64,000 bases of DNA from Chrysomallon squamiferum (Eukaryota > Animalia > Mollusca), in NCBI GenBank assembly GCA_012295275.1, contig CM022676.1, positions 10,974,001-11,038,000 on the forward strand, read 5' to 3'. This document shows positions 44,701-56,400 of this stretch, piece after piece. A model generated the notes under the pieces. That model was not told the DNA's origin. It did no database searches and saw only the letters and a program-made list of their open reading frames with translations. Numbering within the stretch: the first letter of the stretch is position 1; the number at the start of each line of letters is the position of its first letter. Both the position numbers and the translations under genes were made by a program.

Positions 44701-46074
44701 GACAGTTGTTTATTTATTTATTTTAATATTTGCAGTCAGTTGTGATGACTAATACTGTAAAGAGCAGCTATGTGTGTGTGTGTATGTGTGGATGCGAAGG
44801 TGTGTGTGTGTGCATCAAACAAACATACATACTTTACTTTTCCAAAGGTTGCTAGATGAGGATCACCTGTTGCTTGACAAGTTTCACCAGTGAGCAGTGT
44901 TAAATCTTTTACAATCTGGATCTGGCAAGAAATAAAAACAAATGAATGAATGAGTAAATAAAGAAATAAAAACGTTGTAGATAGTGTTACTTGCCTACAT
45001 TAGGTATTTGGATTAGGGATATACGTTAGACATATGTATGAGTGTACTAGGCAGATAAAAGATATTTCTCTTATCTGAATATATCTGTTAATATGTCAAG
45101 TGCATGGCAGATATTTATGTGTGTTAAGTATATGTATATATGTATATATGTATGTATGTATATGTATATGTATGTATATATTTATATACACACACACACA
45201 CACACATACATATACACATATATGTTCTAGATTTATGTCATATATATATATATATATCTGTCTAGATGTGAAATCATAAAAATAACATACACAGTATTGC
45301 AACTAACACAAAAGAACCCTTTGTAGCTGCTGCTTAAATATATCAGTTAAATGGCTAAGTTCCGTGTCCTTATTGTTATTACAGAATTAATGTTTGACAT
45401 CAGCTACGATATAGATTACAATGAGAATCGATGTTGAATGAGCTAACTAATCTAATTATCTTAACTGACTACTAGCCATTCATTGCTTTGTTTATCACTA
45501 ATTAGAGATGCAAAAATAAAATTTACATCGTTAAAAATATTGTTAAATCATCAAGCCATTAAATTTAACATTCTAAATATTTTCAGCATTGTTTCCATTA
45601 AGAGGTTCATATGGCTGATACGTCCTCCATTTTGCTAAAAAACCATAACTCGAAATGTCGCATACCCAGTTCTACAAAACGTCCTACATTCAAAGGTACT
45701 AGTTAGATTAAAAAATTAAACTTACTATGACACTTCCAATGGTTGTGTAATTAGACCATATATCATGGCTGAGAAAAAAGCTCTTCAGTGTGAAACCTAA
45801 GTTTTGTGATTGTCACTCTCTTAGAATGAGTTTTCACCAGTGAGCTTGCTGTCACTGTCAGATATTGCACTTTGTTCCAGTTTTTACTTTCCACTTGAAT
45901 ACCACACATAGTTTGCACAAGTGCATGTTCTCTACATTTTTCATTTTCATTGCTTGAGAAGACGAGAATGGTTAGCTTACAATTAGTGTCTTCCATACAA
46001 CCAAATGGTGCACTAAGTTGAAATGGCACATCCACATATTCATTCTGTTTTATTACAAATGTATGATTTAACAG
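31732..46074 (-). CDS. VWDE-like (VWD + EGF) protein with C-terminal fibrinogen-related domain, copy A; 5' end lost in or beyond the gap; apparent +1 frameshift at 45774-45779
   Basis: 16 exons: 46074-45726, 44921-44833 ([13 protein letters not shown]), 44563-44500, 42637-42452 ([23 protein letters not shown]), 42057-41861 (YLPTGT..VFIYPS..TRGLC..FVKSW), 41226-40938, 40563-40411, 38086-37909 ([14 protein letters not shown]), 37544-37354 ([14 protein letters not shown]), 36956-36693 ([10 protein letters not shown]), 36314-36209, 35966-35840 ([15 protein letters not shown]), 35596-35473 ([22 protein letters not shown]), 33925-33780 ([16 protein letters not shown]), 32289-32130 ([24 protein letters not shown]), 31812-31732 (MSIRPK*). 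All GT-AG and phase-consistent apart from the frameshift. Confidence 0.85.
32690..33766. mobile_element. CpG-containing ~1.07 kb segment unique to a copy A intron; probable DNA transposon fragment
   Basis: Copy B has unrelated sequence at the same intron position (50690-51088). The segment is CpG-rich relative to the flanks and ends at TTAA. No matching second TIR was seen. Confidence 0.45.
34119..34545. repeat. 26-bp minisatellite (CCGTCCTCTCATACTGTTTGTGTCCA)n in copy A intron
   Basis: Direct reading; paralogous array at 51440-51955. Confidence 0.95.
41275..41490. repeat. 72-bp tandem repeat x3 (copy A intron)
   Basis: Period of 72 bp measured from 41341 to 41413. Confidence 0.9.
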
Positions 46075-46096
46075 CTGAAAAAAGAAACTGATGTAC

Positions 46097-46296
46097 NNNN
46101 NNNNNNNNNNNNNNNNNNNNNNNNNNNNNNNNNNNNNNNNNNNNNNNNNNNNNNNNNNNNNNNNNNNNNNNNNNNNNNNNNNNNNNNNNNNNNNNNNNNN
46201 NNNNNNNNNNNNNNNNNNNNNNNNNNNNNNNNNNNNNNNNNNNNNNNNNNNNNNNNNNNNNNNNNNNNNNNNNNNNNNNNNNNNNNNNNNNNNNNN
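46097..46296. other. Assembly gap (200 N)
   Basis: Run of N; a round size that suggests a placeholder scaffold gap. Confidence 0.99.
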
Positions 46297-47489
46297 AAAT
46301 TCCACTCAGAACAAAATCAGTACAGACACATTTCAGCACAGTTTATATTTTATACTTATTATGTACTTCTGATTTAAAATGGTTTCTGAGAAAAACTTTG
46401 TTCCTCTCCATTTTCTGTTGTTATGACATAGCAAAATTTGTTATTTTAAAAATATCTACTCACAGACAGGAAGGCATTATTGTTATTGATTAAGCAGTTG
46501 GTGAAACACTTTCTGGAGAAAAAAAAAACATAACGTAAGAAAAAGAAGAAAGAAAACAAAACTTTAATAATATTATTAAATACAATTTTAGCTTTCTGTA
46601 GATTTTATTGTATCCTAAACTAACAAGTTCTGAATGTGTAACTCAAATACAAAGTCTTCAATAGTTTTATTTAAATTATTTCCCTTAATGATCTTTTCAC
46701 AATAATAAAAAATACAAATTCTTCAAAATCACCAAGCTTCTTTTTTCTGATTGTTGCTTTTTTCTTTCTTTTTTTTGTTTTTGTTATTATACGTAATCTT
46801 ATTTTTAATTATTTTAATATCCTCATTATCATCATCTTCATTATTTCCCTTGATTTCATGTACTGATGATTTAACTATGAATGGTTGTTTACAATTAAAA
46901 TATTTTGTTACAACATATTTTGTTTCAAAATAGTAATATATAAAAAACATCATCTATCTATATATATCGTAAAAAATGTATAATTAAAATAGAATAAATA
47001 ATCTTCAAATATCTTAAATAAAAAACAAAACAAAAACTTAAAAACAAACTGCTACAGTTTATTATAAATTAAAGGTAGACCTCAGCAGTGTAAGAAAGCA
47101 AGCAAAACTAAAAAGTTTAGTAATTATTGTCATTAAACTGAACTCTTGACTTTAATCTGTCTGTCTAGGAACCTGATGTTATCACTTATATTTTGTCAGA
47201 CAACATGTACAAAATGTTTTATAAATTGAAATGAAAGAGAAAAAACGTGGATTATGAGGTTAGAAAAACTCACATAGTATAAAAATAAAAATAAACATTT
47301 CATCAGGTCAGAAAGTGAAATGAAATTTTTTTTTTTTTTTTTCATGTATTGCTTTTACTATACGAATGTATTTAACATTATTAGAAAGTTGTTTTGAAAA
47401 GTCATGTATGAGAAACAGTAAAATAGAAATAAAATAACAGCAACAACAGTGATAGGGTGTATTAGATACAACAATGATAATGATAATAA

Positions 47490-47522
<33 letters not shown>

Positions 47523-49690
47523 TAATAAATAAATAAATAAAATGAATAAATAAATATATATTTTTTAAAAATCATGATTTATGTCCATGCTGAATATACT
47601 GTGAGAGAAGTCACTTGATAATATTTCTTACTTACTTACGTACACACACACACAAATATACATACACACACACAACCATAGACAAATATACACACACATA
47701 CATACACATACAAACACAAAATCATACAAACACACACACACAAACACACACACAACCATAGACAAATATACAGACACATACACACACACACACACACACA
47801 TACACACACACAAGATGTGACTCTCTCTCTCTGTTCAGAGTTCCGTCCCAACAAAGATACATGAAAGTGAATGTACATGACTATAAGACTAACGAATGTA
47901 ACTAAATACTGATATGATAAAACTATCAGAATTTCTTGAGGATGGCAATGATAATTATTGAATTATTGTTTTAGCATGAACAATAATAACAATAACAGTA
48001 ATAATAATTATACTACTAATATATTAAAAGTAAAAGTAATAATAATAATTTTATTTTAACGTAATAACATGGTTTGGTAATTCGGAAAACAGGTTGTGTT
48101 GTTCTCTCTGTTGAAAAGGAAATCTGAGTTGTCAGCAGAGAGTGTTCTTTTCTACTGTTCACTGTTATTTAAAAACTGTTTGAAAGTCTTAACAGCAGCG
48201 AATTTAAAATGTATTGACAAATTCATTCAATCACTAATTATAACAAATGACTCTGGATCAGTTCTCTACAGTGATATATCTGTACTCTTTTCAATTCCAA
48301 CCTGTGCTCCGTGACTAGTTTGTCAAAGATCGTGTTGGTATGTGCCGATATTTAAACAAAAGAAACCTAAGAGTAATGTATGAGTCTGCAGAGGTGGTTG
48401 TCTCTTTTTCAATGTGCGTAAAAATGTTTTTAAAAATGTCAGTATTAAACTGTGTTGTTAAAAACATCCCTTTATTTCTCTTTTTTTCTGTTTTTAGATA
48501 ATCTGTTCACTAATTATCATTGAGTTTCTAATTTTTCTTTATTAAATTTTATTATTCATTAATTAAATGCAGTAAGCAAAATAATAAATGTTTTTTTTTT
48601 ATGCATGTCAGTTGTTTTCTTGTTTCTCAATACTGTAACCAAGGAGACAGCTGTTGATCTTGATAGAACATTTTGTAGTAAATTTTGAAAGATGAACGAT
48701 TGAACATTGTGATTTTTTTATCATGTTGTGCTTACAGGCACTTAGAGTTAGTTTGTCAAACATCTGACTGTACAAGAAAAGTGATTTCGTAATTTAGTTT
48801 CAAGATCAATAGTTGGTGAGTATATATTTCTAAATATGCATAATTGTATATACTTTACAAATACACACACAGACTAACTGATTTAAAAAACAACAACATA
48901 GACTTCAGAAAATAAATATGTCTACTCTTGAGTTTGATGTTAAAACTTTATTGTAAAAATTAGCAGTATATTTCAATTTCAGATTTTTTTGGTAAAATGT
49001 GCTCATTCTGATAAATTTCTTGTCTTTTCTCTCAACACCCCCACAAACACTCACACACCCACACAAACACACACATACATACACACATTCGATGGTTTCT
49101 TGAAATTCTAAAATTCATGCTTTGTTTGTTTCATGGGTTGTCTCCAAATATAGGGAATTTGTAATAAATGACTTAATCAGTACAACATGAGTTCAAGAAC
49201 TTTCAGAGATAAACATTCATTAGTTGCAGTAATTCAATAACAAATCAACTTGTTGGTGCTCTTGAGAAAGATTAATATTATGGATGTGAGTAAAGGTTAT
49301 ACAAGCTTAAATACAGTAAATGATTCTAATTAATAAACTATTTAGTTTTTATTAAAATATTAAAATCTTATTCCTTAATTAGTGCTGTAAATATAGACAA
49401 AGATGCTATTTATTTGTTTATATGTAAAAACAAAATTGTTGATATATGTATTTACAAACCATTTGAAAGGGTCATATGTTTTTATTCATTTAGCTATGAA
49501 CATATATAAATTTATATGTCTACTTGTGAATAAATGAAAAACATAATGCATTACCAGCCATATTTATTTAATTTTCTTTCAGTAAAATTTAAAATCAAAA
49601 TGACAAAATACAAGAAAAGAAGATTTATTTATTTTTTCACATAAAGTTCATAGAAGATATATTTATTTGATCACTGTCTAGCAGACTGTT
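46297..49690 (+). repeat. Diverged segmental-duplication relic of the 20.4-31.7 kb region (PHLDB introns and the 3' flank of copy A)
   Basis: Collinear similar blocks: 46297~20397, 46800~21230, 47030~21620, 47220~21930, 47430~25335, 47920-48385~26110-26570, 48503~31147, 49200~31180. Confidence 0.85.
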
Positions 49691-50481
49691 TTACTTAGGT
49701 CTGATTGACATGGTAATATATTTCAGAGGTGAAGATCGTTGCAGATCAAACCATGAAATTCTTGTAATATCCTGAAAACATAAGAAACCAATATATATAT
49801 ATATATAATGTATGTATGTATGAATGTATATGTATATATATTATCTGTCAAGTAAAATTAATGTGAACATAATTATATATTATTCTATGTAAAAATATGA
49901 TAAGAAACCAGATTTGTAATAATGGTGATGATAATAATAGTGATGATAGTATGTAAGATAAGAGGATAGCTATTTCACTTTTTCTTTGAAAAACGAAACA
50001 TAAAATTTAATTTCATCTTTAATATATGTATGTATATTTTTTTATTGTTGTTGACATTAATATGTTTGAGTGAAACTGACAGTTAGGGAGAAACTTACCA
50101 ACATGTTTACAGAAGTTGTATATTTTCCTGTTGGGTTAACATAACCACATGAGTTAAACCAGAAACCACAACCATATACTTCAGCACAATTCCACTGATT
50201 TTTATCATTATCATGATCATATGTTGAGAAAGCCATGTTATTCTGAGAAAATGTATTACTTGAAAAAGAAAATTACATATATATATATATATATATATTA
50301 GCTGTATTAAAATGAAAATACTTCATAAATTTGTATTATTAAAAAAGTTTGTTTTAGTAATGTGGTAAAATCATGTCTTATATCCAGTAACAGTTCTGAC
50401 AGTTTAATTATTTTGTTAGCTTTGAACCTATTGAAAACATGACAGTTATTTGACTGAGATAACATTCTACATACCCCTGTG

Positions 50482-50513
<32 letters not shown>

Positions 50514-52513
50514 GAAAACAAATAAACTGATGAATTAATTTATCTTTATCTGTTAATATGAAGTATGTGTCTTGCTTAGATTAAAAAATAATAATAGTAA
50601 TAAATAATAATGATAATATATTCTTTACAGTGTGTATGAAATGAGTGTAGTAATGCAGTATTTTGGTGTGTGTTTGGTATGAATTTAGATTAGGTTGGTG
50701 TGTTGTTGGCATTAATAACTTGATAAGAAATGGCAGTCATCATTGATTCACAAGACTGCTGTCAAACCTGTACAAAACGGGTCGTTTAATACAGGTCGTT
50801 TAATACAGGTCGTTTAATACAGGTCGATGATTTAATAAAACATTTTTTTGACTCATAATACAACTGTCATCCATTTATAAATAACAATTATTTATAGGAG
50901 ATTCACTCAATAGTTTTCAATGAAAAATAATGTCCACAGTCTGTTATATTCAGGTGATTGCCATGTACAGGCCATTTAAAGAAGTAAATTCGTTCAAAGG
51001 ATTAGTGATGACTGTTACAGTGAGGTCGCCTTTCTATATATATAACAATAATAATAATAATAAGAAGAAGAAGAAGAAGAAGAAAATAAAGTAATTAACC
51101 TACTTGGAGAATGGATCCATTGCACTACCAGAATGTCCATTAACATGAATGCGGTAAAACTGTTTTTCATCATCCACATGGAAATAACTGTATTTAGCAT
51201 AATCATGTTGACCATTGAAATCAGTGAAATCAACTCTTAGCTCTGTATTCTGAAATTAAGAGAAAATGTTCTTAAATAATTTAAATACCAATCAAGATAT
51301 GGTGATAACTACTAGTAGCAGCAGTAGTAGAAATAGTAGTGGTTCAGGCTGGACCTGGCTAATCGGTCATTCACTGTTCAGCAGCTTTGATGGTTAGGGA
51401 TGTTGATTTAAATCTCGTGGTAATTAGTTTGCATGGCTGCTGTTTGGCACCACCGTCCTCTCATACTGTTTGGCACCACTGTCCTCTCATACTGTTTGGC
51501 ACCACCGTCTTCTCATACTGTTTGTGTCCACCGTCCTTTCATACTGTTTGTGTCCGCTGTCCTCTCATACTGTTTGTGTCCACTGTCCTCTCATACTGTT
51601 TGTGTCCACTGTTCTCTCATACTGTTTGTGTCCACTGTCCTCTCATACTGTTTGTGTCCACCGTCCTCTCATACTGTTTGTGTCCACTGTCCTCTCATAC
51701 TGTTTGTGTCCACTGTCCTCTCATACTGTTTGTGTCCACTGTCCTCTCATACTGTTTGTGTCCACTGTCCTCTCATACTGTTTGTGTCCACTCCTGTTTG
51801 GCACCACTCTCATACTGTTTGGCACCACTGTCCTCTCATACTGTTTGTGTCCACTGTCCTCTCATACTGTTTGTGTCCACTGTCCTCTCATACTGTTTGG
51901 CACCACCGTCCTCTCATACTGTTAGTGTCCACCGTCCTCTCATACTGTTTGTGTCTTGTTCTTTAATGAACACTATAGATTAGCTGATGTGATAGTAAAC
52001 TTCATGTAGAAAGTGCTGATCACAAAGCTTACTATAGCTTGTTTAGGGTGCTTGTTTCTGGTAGTCTACCAGTATTTTAACTATGCCAGATAAAGACAGA
52101 AGTTAGGCCGATTGGCATTTTGGGGGAGACGCTGTGATAAATATTACTGGTATTGTAAAGATACACACCAAGTTATAGTAAAGATCGTGTATCTAATCTG
52201 TGTTGAGGTGTCTAGTTCTTGTTCTTTGTGAACTGTATGTATAAGTTTAACCTGAAGCAGAGTAGATTAGCTGATGTGATAGTAAACTTCATGTAGAGAA
52301 GTGCTGATCACAAAGTACAAAGTAACTTTATTAAAATATATACATGCAGTCACTTTTATTTCTAAAATAGAAACTATCCTTTAAGGTTAAGGTAGACCTT
52401 GTGATGTTCAACAATACCTGCGGTGATCAATTGAGAGAAATTGTGAATAAGCGAAAGTTAGTAACGAATACCTCAGATGAACATTAAACAACAATAAAAA
52501 CAAAATAATAAAA

Positions 52514-52557
<44 letters not shown>

Positions 52558-53077
52558 CAATAACAATAATAATTACTATAATAATAATATTATTAATTAC
52601 TATAATAAAAATAATAATAATTGAAAAAACCGATAGTAATAAATTTACAATAATACTGTAATAAAAATATAATTCTTTGATTTGTTATGTTTTCCCTTTT
52701 CTTTTTTTTTCTTCTGAAATATGTTCTCGCTTCTTTACCAGATCAGAGAACCACATGTTTATACCCTAAATAACCAAACTAAATAAAAATAATAATAAAA
52801 TAAACAAAAGTCCAAGAAGGTCCCACACAAAAATGCCAAGTTTTCGAAGATGAATGAAAATATTATTATAAATTTCATACATTGTTGTTATTTGTAAATG
52901 AAAATGTACCTTATGTATACTTGTGAACAGATGTAGATTATCATTACCCCACCAGAAACTTTTTTCTAATTTTCCAAATCCTTTCTTATACTCCTCCCAA
53001 GTTCTGTTGAAATTTTCTGCATCAGTTACTTGTCTGTTTTGGGAATAAAATGTATCTCTTAGACCATGTTTACTACG

Positions 53078-53169
<92 letters not shown>

Positions 53170-53456
53170 TAACAACAACAACAATATGTTACAAGAATAG
53201 ATTTCTACTGAATAAAATAATAATGATAATGATAAAAAAAATAAAAATAAGGACAGAAAAATAACAACAGCAAAAGTAATGATACCTAAGGAATACTAGC
53301 CACCCTCCACCATCAGTAACTGAATCACATCTGGCATACACAGTTCTGTCTCCAGGCATTCTCAACATCTGCAGTCCACTTTTTTGTTTAAATTTTAAAC
53401 AAGAAGTAATTTCTGAAATTATCAATATATATATCTACACATACGCATACATAGAG

Positions 53457-53491
<35 letters not shown>

Positions 53492-56400
53492 CTGTTTAAT
53501 CTAGACAGAAATAAATGAAAGAATAAAATAAATTATTAAATAATACAATAATATTAACTCATTTAAATAAATAAATAAATAATTAAAGTTTCTCTAAAAG
53601 GGAAACTTCAGCTGCAAGTAACAGTAATTATACATTTACTAATTTATTGTAAAGTTTGATGTTTTAACCTTTTTTCCAGACCATTTTTCCTTTGACTCTG
53701 GAACAGACTAAATCAGTCTTCTTGTAGTGGCTACCTCTTACGTAACATTTACCTCCTGCTGTACAGTGATTTTTCTGTAACATTATGTATTCAGAAAACA
53801 TTATGTATTTGGATTTTTGCATATATTCAGAAATATTATGAACATCTGGATATGTGATTCGTATTTTTACAATTAATTAAAATCATCATATCTGGAAATG
53901 CTGTAGATTATATGGAATTTTGTAGATACTTGGAAAGGTTGTAGGATCTAGACATGTAAGTGTCAGACATGCAGACATTTAGAAATAGTCAATTAAATTG
54001 CTTACTGCCACAGAACAAGTTACTTTCTTTCCATTGATGTGACAACTTTCACACTCAGAATTGTGGATGACAACCACGCGTTCTTTGCTGAAAGTTTTAC
54101 CATCATTTGAAACCGATAAGTAAATAACACGAATAGCATCGATACCAGGAAAGCCATTATTCGGTATTTTGTATTTTCTTTTGGCTATAGGACACAAGGC
54201 CTCCAGTGCATTCTGCACATTACCCAATACCATCGTTCTGCTTTTGTGAATAATTAGTGAGTTGTTGATCTGTGAATGGAATGAAACTTTATAAGTACGT
54301 TTTAGTTCTAATGATTATCATGGACATCTATTTAATTTTGTGTCTTGTGATCAGAGTGAAATGCATCATTTATATGTTACTAGCTAAAACAATCAGCACA
54401 CAGTATTCACAGTCTTTGCTAACCCACATAGGAATCAAAAGGGAAACTAAGGTTTTTTATACTCCAACTCTTCACAACATAAACATTGTAAATATTCTGT
54501 GTAAAAAGAATGATATATTGATGATCATAAAGAAAATAATAATAATAAGAGATATCTATTATCCAAAGAACTAAATTCTTCACCTTATTACAATTTTTGT
54601 TGTAAAAAAACTACTACTGCTAAAACTTACATAAATTTCTCGCAGTTTACACATTGTTTTTAGACCAATAACAAAATATTTAGCGCTAACTGTAACATTA
54701 TCACAAGGGTCATCAAGGAGATCACATCCCTCCCCATCATTAATGTCATTAACAACTGGTGGAATTCGAATATCAGTGGAGCAGTCAGCACCCATAAAAT
54801 TTCTCTCACAGACACAAGTTCCTGATTAAGAGGAAACAAAAGAGAAAAACACAGGAAGAATGGTGAAAGTTAAAAGCAAGGTATAAACACATTCTTCTTT
54901 TGATTAGTATTAAAATAAGGCATAGAATAATCTACAATTTCAACATGAAGTAAAGGAAATAAATATTAAACAGAAAGTTCACATGATGTCACACAACAGC
55001 AAATATTAGCCTATCGTAAGAAAATGTTTATAACTGAAAATAATTATTTAACTGAGTAAAATAAATGAACATCAAACTCTTAATTTTGTTCATGATTATT
55101 GTATATTTATTGTAGCACTCGGCTTTAAACTTCGGAAATATGTTGAGTTAAAGCTAAGAAAGCAGACGATGAAAAGAAACAAACCATTAGCACACTGCCC
55201 TCTATGTGAACAGTGAGATGGACAGGAAACACTGATGACTTTAGTCAGTATCGATTCTTTTCCTTTTGTCTTATGAAATTCTTCATTCATAACTGCTTCA
55301 TTTACGCAAGAAGATTTAACATTTTCAATCGCTGATTCAGCAAAGATGTATTGCCCAGATGCCTGAATGAAAGAAAACTAATTTCATTTATTAGAAGATA
55401 TTTTGTTTTTACTTTTTTACAACATTAGATGCATTAAATGGTATGAAATAGCCACTTAACCAATGTCTTGTAATGCCACATTCAGTCAAAGCATGAATAA
55501 ATAAGGCATTAGTGCATAAAAAAATTGTTATAAATGTAAAATTTCATCATTCAATAAACCAGTGCTCTTAGAAATTCAGCGATAAAATGACAGGAATATT
55601 GTGACAACATTAGCATAATTCACTATTTATGCATATCAATGCTTTACAACTCTTATGTCAAAGTCAAAATATCTAAATCGATTCTAAAATCAAACAATTC
55701 ATTTTCATTCATTCATCTGTCATCAGCTATAAATGTCTTTATACTGACCATTAAGTACTTTGAAAAAATAAATATGTCCATACAATTTTTTAAACTTATA
55801 GTAAAATCTATTGTTTTCTATGTAGGTGTCAAGGGATAGAATCAAATATATGAAGAAGTCAGACCTCTGACAAATTAACTTTCCTACCGAATGTACTGCA
55901 GCTTTTAGTGCTTATAAATAATATCGTACAACAAAACATTTTGAAACTGAAAGGGATGAAACTACTGGAGGTCTATAGAAGGAGAAACAAAAACATATCA
56001 AGAGAATCTGCACATCATGAACTTGATTGATGATCAAAAAAAAAAAAAAAATTGTTGAAATTCAGGTCAATTTTTTACGAATTGTATGCATCATTAGTTT
56101 GGACCAGTCCAGTGCAACTTCTGTCAAAGGGTTCTCACCACTTCTTCAAACAGTTTTGAGTTGAGTTTAAAATAGTTGGCAGCATTTATAAAGTTCCAGT
56201 GACAACAGAACACATAAAATAATTGCTGAGATATGAGGTCAAAAGCTGGAGGCGGTGTCCATTTTGAACGAAAAAATAAAATTTCAGAAGTCCATATTTC
56301 CAAAAGTAATGCTCATATGAGGGTAGAATTTCATATTTAGATGAAAATCAGAATCAGTCTTGTTATAATTTGTTTTCATTTTACAGCATATGTCATATTT

